From sequence record PZ386948.1: a stretch of DNA of 64,000 nt; one strand, 5' to 3'. Under the pieces are notes generated by a model. That model did not search any database, was not told the DNA's origin, and worked only from the letters and a program-made list of their open reading frames with translations. The translations under genes and the position numbers were made by a program. This stretch comes from a phage. Within the stretch, counting starts at the first letter, position 1. Every line of letters starts with the position of its first letter. Positions 27,052 to 35,694 of the stretch are shown here, in pieces.

Positions 27052-27513
27052 TCATTGAGTTTTAATTACTGCTTTAGAAGCCTTTCCTGGTAAACGACGA
27101 CTGTTAATAATTGCCATCCTACATTGAAGTGACGGGTCTTTGAACTTCGCATTAGGTTTACAAACTGTAAATCCAAGCCAAAGATTTCCATCTGTGATTT
27201 CTAAACGTCCAGGACGGTATTCAACCCCATCAATAAAATCCTCGTCAATGTCAGGACGCGGAGGCATACTCAGGAATTCATTAACTTCTAAAACATGGTC
27301 TTTTATTTTGTGGAATAATTCAAAAACATATGTCTCATCAATCTCCCGTTGAATTGCACGATCAAGAAGATGCTGAGAATATTTTAGATGAAACGATGAG
27401 ACCCCTGCTGCTTTTGATGCCTCACGAATCTCATTGTTAATTTGACGAAACTCCGACTCAAAGTGACGACGAAGCTTATTTCGACGGATAAAAACTTCTG
27501 TGTTGATAGTCAT
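27052..27513 (-). CDS. regB: RegB-like endoribonuclease
   Basis: 153 aa at the T4 regB position with its own early promoter; assignment from memory of size/position. Confidence 0.6.
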   Translation of the reverse strand: MTINTEVFIRRNKLRRHFESEFRQINNEIREASKAAGVSSFHLKYSQHLLDRAIQREIDETYVFELFHKIKDHVLEVNEFLSMPPRPDIDEDFIDGVEYRPGRLEITDGNLWLGFTVCKPNAKFKDPSLQCRMAIINSRRLPGKASKAVIKTQ

Positions 27514-27538
27514 GTTATTCTCCTCTTAACTGATAGAA

Positions 27539-27572
27539 AAATTATACCACAGTCAAGAGGAAAAGTAAACAG
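27539..27572 (-). promoter_or_regulatory. T4-type early promoter
   Basis: GTTTAC (27565-27570), 18-bp spacer, TATAAT (27541-27546). Confidence 0.65.
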
Positions 27573-27851
27573 TTATTCTTTAAATCTAATCAATTTATTC
27601 ATAGACTTTGAAACTTCTGCACGGACCTCATGAAGGTTTTTGAGCTGTTCAAGACGTTGCTCATAGTAAGCAATTTCATCTTCTTCAAGACAGTCCTGTG
27701 AATCTTCTTTAAGATAACGTGCATAGTCCTGAAAAGCTTTACGGACTACTTCCTGGAAGTCATCAAGACTTTGAATTTTCTTAGGAGCAGCAGACACACG
27801 ACGAGGGGCAGTATAATACTCATAACCAAACCCTGCGCTTAATTGAGCCAT
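27573..27851 (-). CDS. Hypothetical protein
   Basis: ATG at 27851 overlapping the upstream stop (TAATG). Confidence 0.45.
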   Translation of the reverse strand: MAQLSAGFGYEYYTAPRRVSAAPKKIQSLDDFQEVVRKAFQDYARYLKEDSQDCLEEDEIAYYEQRLEQLKNLHEVRAEVSKSMNKLIRFKE

Positions 27852-28117
27852 TAGTATTTTTCCTCTGGTTGGAACACAGCACGACAAGCCCACATACTGG
27901 CTTCTTTGAGTTTCGTTTTAGCAATAGCTAAATGATCGAGGCTTTCAGCGTAATTCTTCGCGAGTTCAAAGTCTTCGCAATTATCTAGTGCTTCCCAGAA
28001 TTCATCATATAAAGCATCAAAGATAAGTCCTAAACGAACTTCAGCGTCTTTAATAGCATTTACTTTACCGATTTTTTCGTCGGTATGTGGCTTATAACCT
28101 TTAATATCTTCAATCAT
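27851..28117 (-). CDS. Hypothetical protein
   Basis: ATG at 28117 with GAGGAAG RBS. Confidence 0.45.
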   Translation of the reverse strand: MIEDIKGYKPHTDEKIGKVNAIKDAEVRLGLIFDALYDEFWEALDNCEDFELAKNYAESLDHLAIAKTKLKEASMWACRAVFQPEEKY

Positions 28118-28331
28118 ATTTGACTTCCTCACCAGTACATAAATCGTATTCAACTAAACGAATAGGTTCATGAATGCCATATCCTTGAACAGAAATTTCT
28201 GTCGTAGGATAAATTCCATTAATATCACCCATGTTCCATGCTTCGTTAAATTGCTGTTCGCCTGAATTACTAAACCACTCGGCGAAAGCATTTAGCACAT
28301 CTTCAGAACCTTCAATAATTATCTTTGCCAT
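28110..28331 (-). CDS. Hypothetical acidic protein
   Basis: 73-aa ORF; start overlaps the GrcA-like stop. Confidence 0.45.
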   Translation of the reverse strand: MAKIIIEGSEDVLNAFAEWFSNSGEQQFNEAWNMGDINGIYPTTEISVQGYGIHEPIRLVEYDLCTGEEVKYD

Positions 28332-28693
28332 TACAAACTCTCGGTGAAGGTACGAGCGATAACGTCGCGCTGCTGTTCCGGAGTCAGAGAGTTAAAGCGA
28401 ACTGCATAACCGGATACACGGATGGTCAGCTGCGGATATTTTTCCGGATGCTTAACTGCATCTTCCAGAGTTTCACGACGCAGAACGTTAACGTTCAGGT
28501 GTTGACCACCTTCAATTTTAACTGTAGGCTGTTGCTCAATTTCAATTTCACGGGCATGCAAACCATAGAAAATTTCTGGGTCTACAAAAGAGTCCTCTTT
28601 AAAGGTTTTAGAGACAATAATTCGTGCTTGAATACCATCTTCAAAATAAATAGTACCTTTATGTGTGCCTTCAAGAATTTGATATGCTTTCAT
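28331..28693 (-). CDS. Autonomous glycyl-radical cofactor (GrcA/YfiD-like; T4 Y06I-type)
   Basis: 120 aa; C-terminus ...[33 protein letters not shown] carries the glycyl-radical RVSGY motif; 3' half is GC-rich. Confidence 0.85.
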   Translation of the reverse strand: MKAYQILEGTHKGTIYFEDGIQARIIVSKTFKEDSFVDPEIFYGLHAREIEIEQQPTVKIEGGQHLNVNVLRRETLEDAVKHPEKYPQLTIRVSGYAVRFNSLTPEQQRDVIARTFTESL

Positions 28694-28699
28694 ATAACC

Positions 28700-29029
28700 T
28701 CAATTAGAAAATAAATTTATCCAAGATTGTTCTTTAATTAAAAATGGCTCAGAATCATATGCCATTAAACTCTGTGTGATTAGTCCTTTAAAAGGCCCAT
28801 CAATAAATTCCATGGTAAAATATGGAATTTTATTCATTAGCCGTGCATTAGGAGCCGTGCACAAAACTCTGCATCCTTTGAATACGCCTTTTTGTAATTT
28901 GTATTGCTTGGGATAAAATTCGCTCAAAATGTTATTTTTTGCCAAAATTTCAAAATGATTCACCAATTTATTTTTAATAGTTTTTGGCGAAAAATAAAGA
29001 TATTCGAAAAGCTGAGTGTCTGTCATCAT
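28700..29029 (-). CDS. Hypothetical protein
   Basis: ATG at 29029 overlapping the upstream stop (ATGATGA). Confidence 0.45.
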   Translation of the reverse strand: MMTDTQLFEYLYFSPKTIKNKLVNHFEILAKNNILSEFYPKQYKLQKGVFKGCRVLCTAPNARLMNKIPYFTMEFIDGPFKGLITQSLMAYDSEPFLIKEQSWINLFSN

Positions 29030-29565
29030 TGCATTCCGATTACGAAAAACTGTGGACGAGTAATACCACCAATGCAACATTTAATATTACAGCAGCAGTG
29101 TACAGTGTCAATATGGACACTATAAATCTTATCCATATCAGGAGATTTGACAGGCTCATCAATTATATACAAAATTCGCGAAAGCGATAAACCTCTGAAC
29201 TTGCTTCCTTTATTACCAATAAAACTGCGCACAGAATCAGTAAATAAACGAAAACGTATATCATCATTAGAATAACGCGAAAATTCCTTTTTAATATTAT
29301 CTGCGGAAATTTTAGCGTAAGCTGAAGTATTAGAAAGAACAATAACTGTTCCACCGTCATACAACCAATTAGCGGCAAAATTAGTTACTGCAGTTGATTT
29401 ACCAGATTGACGCCCACCATCTAGTCGAAGTGTACAATACTGTTTAAGTAAGTCTTCAAATGGCGGGATATATTCGTTTTTACAAATTTCTTCTACTCTA
29501 GCATCAGAATGGTGTGTAAAAGCATTCATCAGGGATAGATAAGGACCAGTTAAAAATGTTCTCAT
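29026..29565 (-). CDS. P-loop NTPase
   Basis: Walker A GGRQSGKST and Walker B ILYIIDEP; start codon uncertain (29565 preferred). Confidence 0.5.
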   Translation of the reverse strand: MRTFLTGPYLSLMNAFTHHSDARVEEICKNEYIPPFEDLLKQYCTLRLDGGRQSGKSTAVTNFAANWLYDGGTVIVLSNTSAYAKISADNIKKEFSRYSNDDIRFRLFTDSVRSFIGNKGSKFRGLSLSRILYIIDEPVKSPDMDKIYSVHIDTVHCCCNIKCCIGGITRPQFFVIGMQ

Positions 29566-29710
29566 TTTGTTCTCTCTAGGTTTGGGCCATTCCATGGCGC
29601 ATGAATTGTCCATTTCTGTATTTACCCATTACCGCACTTGGGCTCGACCTTATTACAGGTTGGCGGGAATCCCTCACAGAATCATGAGGTCCAGGTTATT
29701 CCCATGTTAT

Positions 29711-30127
29711 TTAAATGTAAATATTTTTGCCGTAATACTTATACCAGTGTGGCTTCATTAAAATTTTTTCATCGAGTCGTTGTTGACTCAACTTAATAGC
29801 TGATTTGCATGGATTATAATCATTTTTCCATTCTACTGGAATATCGCTGATGTCAGGAACTTCAGTATCTTTTATACTGAACCCGCGTTTTAAGCATTCC
29901 GTTATAATGTCCGATTGACGCTTTCGCAAAAATTCTAACTTATCGTAAAAGAAAGTAACATGACCAGAACCTAAAATAAATTTAGAAGATATTTTAAAAT
30001 CTTTAACGCGCTTACCGTTTGCCACATGCTTACGAACTATACCAAAAACACGCGGCAATTCACGGTATTCTGCGATTAAATGTTGATCAGCAAGTTCAGA
30101 TACTAAAGTCAAATTAATACGAGTCAT
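29711..30127 (-). CDS. denV: Endonuclease V (pyrimidine-dimer DNA glycosylase)
   Basis: 138 aa; [39 protein letters not shown]..., roughly 75% identical to my recollection of T4 DenV. Confidence 0.9.
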   Translation of the reverse strand: MTRINLTLVSELADQHLIAEYRELPRVFGIVRKHVANGKRVKDFKISSKFILGSGHVTFFYDKLEFLRKRQSDIITECLKRGFSIKDTEVPDISDIPVEWKNDYNPCKSAIKLSQQRLDEKILMKPHWYKYYGKNIYI

Positions 30128-30150
30128 TTTATCCCTCCAAGTAACTGTGA

Positions 30151-30183
30151 ATATACTATCACAATTCTAGGAGAAAGTAAACA
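30151..30183 (-). promoter_or_regulatory. T4-type early promoter upstream of denV
   Basis: GTTTAC (30177-30182), 17-bp spacer, A/T-rich -10. Confidence 0.5.
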
Positions 30184-30186
30184 ACT

Positions 30187-30717
<531 letters not shown>

Positions 30718-31158
30718 TTAAAAGAGGCTGTTCATTATTCGGTAAAGTGAAGGACCCATCACATATTGCCACTGAGTACGAGGAATAAGGGCAAAAGCAT
30801 CCATCTCTGGAATCATAACACCATCTTTATTTTCAAAATAAGACTCGCAATGGCAATTTCTGAACATCTCATGCTCTACTGGAATCGTATAATAAAATAA
30901 CTGTAAGTCTTTATTACTAGAATATTTAAATACACCTAGGTCTTCTAGAAGGTCTGGATTATAATTGCTAAAACCGGTCTCTTCTAAGCATTCTCTTTTT
31001 GCAGCTTCCAGTGCATTCAAATCAGAACTTTCTACGCGGCCCTTTGGAATATCCCAGCGATGTGCCATCATTCCAGGCTTACGAGAACCAGTAACCCGAC
31101 CCATAAATAAATCTTTATCTTCTGTCATAAAGATAATACCAGCTGATAGTGTTTTCAT
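30718..31158 (-). CDS. nudE: Nudix hydrolase
   Basis: Nudix box GRVESSDLNALEAAKRECLEETGF; ATG at 31158 with AGGAAA RBS (track starts at 31173). Confidence 0.8.
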   Translation of the reverse strand: MKTLSAGIIFMTEDKDLFMGRVTGSRKPGMMAHRWDIPKGRVESSDLNALEAAKRECLEETGFSNYNPDLLEDLGVFKYSSNKDLQLFYYTIPVEHEMFRNCHCESYFENKDGVMIPEMDAFALIPRTQWQYVMGPSLYRIMNSLF

Positions 31159-31346
31159 TTTAATTTCCTGCATTCAGTGATAAAGTTATTTAAATTTTGA
31201 GTATATTTCTTTTCATCAAAAATCTTTTGTTGTCTGCGTAAACGCCATGGCATTTCAATGAACATACGCCATATTCCTGATAATACTGCTGCTGTAAAAA
31301 TATTAACAAGTATAGTTAAAAGAACCCAATCTCCTATTCTGTCCAT
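31155..31346 (-). CDS. Small membrane protein, tandem paralog set (..ECRKLK tail)
   Basis: 63 aa; one TM helix; C-terminal tail related to the two ORFs upstream. Confidence 0.45.
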   Translation of the reverse strand: MDRIGDWVLLTILVNIFTAAVLSGIWRMFIEMPWRLRRQQKIFDEKKYTQNLNNFITECRKLK

Positions 31347-31644
31347 TGGATTTTTTTATAAAAAAGTAAAATACGAACGATGATATAGGAAGACTAATGA
31401 TATACCACAGAAGAACCTTCTTATCTGTGAACCAATCAGCATTCGTTAACTTAGCGCGACCGTTTTGAATACATACGAACTTATCATCTGTTACAGTAAA
31501 TGGCTTAGCTGCTTGATATCCCATTCTAAACTCCCTAATCAACAAATTTTTCATATCTTCGGAACAACCATTCCAGTCAACTCTATCAACTGAAATGCCA
31601 TCATCCCCATCATCTAAATCATACCAGCGAGTTTTTAAAATCAT
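31303..31644 (-). CDS. Hypothetical protein with C-terminal TM helix
   Basis: 113-aa ORF. Confidence 0.45.
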   Translation of the reverse strand: MILKTRWYDLDDGDDGISVDRVDWNGCSEDMKNLLIREFRMGYQAAKPFTVTDDKFVCIQNGRAKLTNADWFTDKKVLLWYIISLPISSFVFYFFIKKSNGQNRRLGSFNYTC

Positions 31645-32003
31645 TTAATTTTCCTACAATCACTCACAAACTCTTTCATTGACTCATTTTCAATATAAGA
31701 CATGTAGCTATTATATTCTTTTAATTGTATTTTGTAATCTTTTTTTCTTTGCCAATTTATTTTAAAATTATCATAATGAAAATATAAAATGATACCAAAG
31801 AATGAAAACAATGAAATAATTTTAGTATAACAAAGCTCACTCCAAACTTCTGTTATATTTACTGTGCCGTCGATGTTTAAAATAAGACAGTCAATTAACA
31901 ATCCAAAAAGACTACCTGCAAGAGCTGCAGCCAACGCCACAGCAAAAATTAAAAATGACTCAGAAAACGAATATTTGACTTTATTTAGTTTTGGCTTTTG
32001 CAT
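31641..32003 (-). CDS. Membrane protein, tandem paralog set
   Basis: 120 aa; two TM helices; tail ...MKEFVSDCRKIK. Confidence 0.5.
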   Translation of the reverse strand: MQKPKLNKVKYSFSESFLIFAVALAAALAGSLFGLLIDCLILNIDGTVNITEVWSELCYTKIISLFSFFGIILYFHYDNFKINWQRKKDYKIQLKEYNSYMSYIENESMKEFVSDCRKIK

Positions 32004-32398
32004 CGTGATTCCTTAACAAATTTCATAATTTCATCAAATTCATACGCAGCAAGTTTAAGCTGATGTTCCTTTTTAATCTTTTTACACTGTGCTTTCCAAT
32101 CACGCACGCGTTTACGATAATGCCTTCCTTGATACCAGTATCCTACCCAATTTACGGGTACTAATAAAAGTGGAACTATTAATGGAAGAATTAGCATTAA
32201 CACAAGTATTTCGCCAGAATCAATATCAGTCATAACATCTAAAACACCTCCAATAATCAATAGAATTACAAATGATATGAGTATAACAGGACCTATTAAC
32301 ACATCAGTAGAAATTATCTGACGCTTTAATTCATACTTCAACGGTTTACTTGGAAGGTATAGTGATGGCTTTGACATATTCTCTACATTCCTTAACAA
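31985..32398 (-). CDS. Membrane protein, tandem paralog set
   Basis: 137 aa; two TM helices; tail ...IMKFVKESRCKSQN. Confidence 0.5.
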   Translation of the reverse strand: MLRNVENMSKPSLYLPSKPLKYELKRQIISTDVLIGPVILISFVILLIIGGVLDVMTDIDSGEILVLMLILPLIVPLLLVPVNWVGYWYQGRHYRKRVRDWKAQCKKIKKEHQLKLAAYEFDEIMKFVKESRCKSQN

Positions 32399-32960
32399 AT
32401 TTTTCTAGTAATAAATCACTTTCAAAATTGGGATTTTCTACAAATTTATCAAAAAGATCATCAACAATAGTTAAGATATTCTTTTTACTAAGAATACGTT
32501 TATTTTCATGCTTCGTTTCAGAATCAACTATAAGAGTAAAGAAATATTTCTTGCCCTGAAATTTTACAGTAGTATCAATATAAAATAAATTTGACTTTTG
32601 TAAATTACGTTTAAACCATGCGTCACTTAAACTATAAACACCGAGATAATCAAAATCGTCGTTTAAATAACAAACCGTCCATTCAGGAGAAATGAAATCA
32701 GTAAATTCAACATCAAAATCACACGTCAATGAATGAATTGATTCAATACTGTTAATGAGTATTCCAGGACGTATTAAAGACTTTTTACCTCTAGAAAATC
32801 TTCCGGAAAGGCTTTCATCAGTTTCATATGAAGACCCCCAATAGTAATTACGTCCTTCTGCCATGCGTTTAAGAGCATTTAGTAATTGGTCTGGAACATC
32901 AACCTGTCTTTGGAACTCTTCAAACATTGAATTGAAATCACTTTGCATTTTCATTTTCAT
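32346..32960 (-). CDS. Hypothetical protein
   Basis: 204-aa ORF with GGAG RBS. Confidence 0.55.
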   Translation of the reverse strand: MKMKMQSDFNSMFEEFQRQVDVPDQLLNALKRMAEGRNYYWGSSYETDESLSGRFSRGKKSLIRPGILINSIESIHSLTCDFDVEFTDFISPEWTVCYLNDDFDYLGVYSLSDAWFKRNLQKSNLFYIDTTVKFQGKKYFFTLIVDSETKHENKRILSKKNILTIVDDLFDKFVENPNFESDLLLEKFVKECREYVKAITIPSK

Positions 32961-32974
32961 TCCTATTTACTCCA

Positions 32975-32996
32975 AGTATAAGGGGCCGAAGCCCCT
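32975..32996 (-). terminator. GC hairpin (aggggc-cgaa-gcccct), weak terminator
   Basis: 6-bp stem with CGAA loop; U-tract imperfect. Confidence 0.4.
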
Positions 32997-33001
32997 TATC
33001 A

Positions 33002-33595
33002 TTATTTCAGAGAATTAATGTATTCCTGAACATCGGCAGAGGTAGTTTCAACCCCAGAAATATTACCGTTAAAGGTTTCAACTCGAGCAAGGGTATCTTC
33101 AATATCAACCTTAGTCAGTGCTGCAATTTCAACTACATCATCAGCAGTACTAATTCCAAGGGCATTTGCTGCACGAGTTTCACGGATATATTCCAATTTA
33201 ACTGCAAGTTCTTGGCGAGCATCATCCAATTCAACTACTTTCTTGGCGATTTCAATTCGCATTTCAGCATAACCATCAGCTTTAGTAGTCAACTGTTCAG
33301 CTGTTCGACGATATAGCAAGCCGAGTTTAGCATGCATTGTTACATCTTGACTTTCAGAAAGAAGCTTGCGAATTTCACGCTCTTTTGATTCGGCCTGTCG
33401 ATTCTTTTCGACAATAAGTTCACGAATACGTTTTTCTTCATTAATAGATTTAACAGAAGCAGTTTTTAGATCTTTAATTTTATCAAGTAGTTTTGCTGCT
33501 GCAGCAGTATACTGTTCTTCGACAGATAGATTTTTAGCCATAGCAGAACCAAGTTTAGTGCGAATAAACTCAACAATTTTCTTCAGTGTGTTCAT
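33002..33595 (-). CDS. Coiled-coil protein of unknown function
   Basis: 197 aa, highly charged with heptad-like periodicity; AAGGAAA RBS. Confidence 0.55.
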   Translation of the reverse strand: MNTLKKIVEFIRTKLGSAMAKNLSVEEQYTAAAAKLLDKIKDLKTASVKSINEEKRIRELIVEKNRQAESKEREIRKLLSESQDVTMHAKLGLLYRRTAEQLTTKADGYAEMRIEIAKKVVELDDARQELAVKLEYIRETRAANALGISTADDVVEIAALTKVDIEDTLARVETFNGNISGVETTSADVQEYINSLK

Positions 33596-33638
33596 AGTAT
33601 TTCCTTAGGTTGATTAAGATTTAAAATCCGTGAGAGTA

Positions 33639-33815
33639 TTATACTCCGGATAGTTTGTAAACTATTTCAACATCGCCTTTTGCTGCTTTATAACCTTCAG
33701 CCCAAGATATAACCGAGTTTTTATCTGAAGATTCAAATTCTGGCATTGGGCTTTCGCCAATGTTCACGCAGTATGTTTCTTCATTTTCGTCGAACCAAAT
33801 AATTAAAGTAGTCAT
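33639..33815 (-). CDS. Hypothetical small protein (58 aa), below the ORF-track cutoff
   Basis: ATG at 33815 with GGAG RBS: MTTLIIWFDENEETYCVNIG... Confidence 0.35.
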   Translation of the reverse strand: MTTLIIWFDENEETYCVNIGESPMPEFESSDKNSVISWAEGYKAAKGDVEIVYKLSGV

Positions 33816-33883
33816 TTATTTCTCCGTTTCTGTATTTGTTTTGATAAGTCTATAATAACACCGTCCTTGGTGTTTGTACACAA

Positions 33884-34147
33884 TTATTTCATATTATTGA
33901 AATATTCTTCTGCGATTTCGTCGTTATCATGGTAAACTTTAGAAGACAGTTTAACATAACCTTCAGCAGTGAACATGTTAATCACAACCTTTACAGTATA
34001 CCACTGACCATCTTCATTACCCATTACTGCGTAAGTTTCAAACATCGGATGGTCAGGACCGATAACTTTAATATCATTCACTGTACGACCGAAATCTTCT
34101 GAAACACATTTCATAAAGAAGTTGAACAGCTCACCGTAATTATCCAT
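33884..34147 (-). CDS. Hypothetical protein
   Basis: ATG at 34147 (MDNYGELF...); track extension is promoter sequence. Confidence 0.5.
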   Translation of the reverse strand: MDNYGELFNFFMKCVSEDFGRTVNDIKVIGPDHPMFETYAVMGNEDGQWYTVKVVINMFTAEGYVKLSSKVYHDNDEIAEEYFNNMK

Positions 34148-34187
34148 TTCATTCTCCAAGTTGTTTTCTGTATCAGTAGTTGATAGT

Positions 34188-34221
34188 TGTATAGTACCAT
34201 GGAAGGACAAGGATGTAAACC
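34188..34221 (-). promoter_or_regulatory. Early-promoter repeat
   Basis: GTTTAC (34215-34220) plus the TGTATAGTACC block. Confidence 0.5.
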
Positions 34222-34352
34222 GTTTTGTGAAAAAATTTTTAAAAAGTTTTGGGGAATTCTAGGGCAGGAAGGGGAAATCAAAGGATAGGATAATATATTA
34301 TAAAGGGTAGAAACTAAATGATGTCTAGAGAGGCCTGGAAAGGCCTAGATAC

Positions 34353-34380
34353 CAAAAAGCCCCAACCTTTCGGTCGGGGC
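34353..34380 (-). terminator. Rho-independent terminator, copy 1 of an identical 31-bp element
   Basis: gccccgacc-gaaa-gguuggggc hairpin followed by UUUUU; identical to 34909-34939. Confidence 0.7.
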
Positions 34381-34388
34381 TAAGAATG

Positions 34389-34862
34389 TTATTTGATTTG
34401 TTTAGCAGACCAAATGCGATCTTTAATAATTTTTTGGATGTCTTCAACATACACAAGAGAGTGAGCATGTGGATTATCTTTGAAACTATAAGCACGAGCT
34501 AGTTTTTGGCCTTCAGTTTTGATTACTAAAAGCTCTTTAAGGATAGCTTCATATTTGGAGATAATTCCTTTAACAATATTTTTTTCTTGTGCAGCTTTAG
34601 GATCTGCTTTAGGAGCAGGTTTACCCGAAGCCTTTGCAAAAGCAGCGCCAGTAGCAACTAAACTTTTCCAGGCCATACTAACTGCATTTCCCGTAAATCC
34701 TTCCGCTTTCATGTCGCGTGCGAACTGGAATCGCGATTCATCAGAAGCATCTTTATAAGAATATTTACCCGCTGCAATGGCTGCTTTTGCGACAGCTTGA
34801 ATTTCGGTGCTAGATGCTTCATTTAACACCGCTTCATTTAAAAATTGAGTATATGATTTCAT
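34389..34862 (-). CDS. Internal-protein-like protein with capsid-targeting sequence
   Basis: 157 aa; N-terminus MKSYTQFLNE|A resembles the T4 IP targeting sequence MKTYQEF... with an LxE cleavage motif. Confidence 0.6.
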   Translation of the reverse strand: MKSYTQFLNEAVLNEASSTEIQAVAKAAIAAGKYSYKDASDESRFQFARDMKAEGFTGNAVSMAWKSLVATGAAFAKASGKPAPKADPKAAQEKNIVKGIISKYEAILKELLVIKTEGQKLARAYSFKDNPHAHSLVYVEDIQKIIKDRIWSAKQIK

Positions 34863-34898
34863 CTTATTTCCTGTTTTAATTCGTGGTTTTAATATACT

Positions 34899-34906
34899 TA
34901 TTTATA
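34899..34906 (-). promoter_or_regulatory. Late promoter (TATAAATA) for the IP-like gene
   Basis: Exact TATAAATA on the minus strand about 37 bp upstream of the ATG. Confidence 0.55.
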
Positions 34907-34907
34907 C

Positions 34908-34935
34908 TAAAAAGCCCCAACCTTTCGGTCGGGGC
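34908..34935 (-). terminator. Rho-independent terminator, copy 2 of the identical 31-bp element
   Basis: Same hairpin as 34353-34380 with U-run. Confidence 0.7.
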
Positions 34936-34941
34936 TAAGCC

Positions 34942-35235
34942 TTGCGGCAACCTTGTCGGGGTTCCACCTGCTAAGGCAAGTGTTTGTACGAAACGCCGGG
35001 ATTCGAACCCGGTTATTAAGCAGTTGACGCTACTCAATATTTTTAAAAGGCCATATCTCGACCATATCCGAACGTTCCGTCAAAAACGCTACTCGGCTTA
35101 CGGCAAAGATATTTCCTCGAATCGATAATTCGGTGCGCCGTTTCTGCTGTGATGTAAGAGGGCATCAATAAACGCAAAGATTATTAACGCAATTCCTTAC
35201 TCAGGGAACATCAGTCCGACGACTTACCGGTAGCG
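34942..35235 (-). ncRNA. Structured GC-rich non-coding region, candidate stable small RNAs (T4 rnaC/rnaD-like position)
   Basis: No ORF; tRNA-like T-arm CCGGGTTCGAATCCCGG on the minus strand; sits between tRNA-Arg and the terminator as species 1/2 RNAs do in T4; boundaries approximate. Confidence 0.35.
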
Positions 35236-35245
35236 ACCCGGTTTC

Positions 35246-35596
35246 TTAATATTCTTTTAAAGCATCAATCTGTTTACGGCGTTCACGCCATAAATCAATT
35301 GCTTCATACGCGGATTCAACATTTCGAATTGGACGGCATTTATATAAAGATTTGTGATTTTGATATTGCGTAGATAACGGAATTTTATCTAAAAGGTCTT
35401 TACGTTCAAAGTATTCGTAACCATCTAAGCCAAATGAACGATTTTTGAGAAATTGCCAATGACCAAATTCGTTTTGAATATAAATATAATCCGCATGTTG
35501 ATAAAGTAAATTAATTTCACGAAATGAGATATGTTTTTCATATTCATTGAAGTAAAATGTTAAATCATGAACTACTAAATAAACATTACCTTTCAT
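35246..35596 (-). CDS. Hypothetical protein
   Basis: 116 aa with GAGG RBS, immediately downstream of tRNA-Arg. Confidence 0.5.
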   Translation of the reverse strand: MKGNVYLVVHDLTFYFNEYEKHISFREINLLYQHADYIYIQNEFGHWQFLKNRSFGLDGYEYFERKDLLDKIPLSTQYQNHKSLYKCRPIRNVESAYEAIDLWRERRKQIDALKEY

Positions 35597-35614
35597 ATTT
35601 TCCTCACTTATAAT

Positions 35615-35690
35615 TGGTCGAGGCAGTAGGGATCGAACCTACGACCTAGGACTTAGAAGGTCCTTGCTCTTCCTTCTGAGCTATGCCCCG
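35615..35690 (-). tRNA. tRNA-Arg (anticodon UCU)
   Basis: Manual cloverleaf: acceptor CGGGGCA/TGCCTCG, anticodon loop CTTCTAA, T-arm GTAGG-TTCGATC-CCTAC, 3' ACCA. Confidence 0.8.
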
Positions 35691-35694
35691 TAAT

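Noticed and set aside
33002-33595. PspA/IM30-like assignment for the coiled-coil protein
   Set aside because: Only general coiled-coil character and size fit; I could not identify family-specific motifs, so it is left as hypothetical.
33636-33664. Early promoter upstream of the coiled-coil gene (GTTTAC at 33657-33662)
   Set aside because: The nearest TATAAT-like hexamer is only 12 bp from the -35, so spacing is wrong; the GTTTAC lies inside the 3' end of the small ORF 33639-33815.
34230-34350. Cluster of EcoRI/XbaI/StuI sites as evidence of an engineered cloning cassette
   Set aside because: Cannot be confirmed without database comparison; no vector-like genes (resistance marker, origin) nearby, and the flanks are native phage promoter/terminator elements. 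Retained only as an oddity within the IP-cassette finding.
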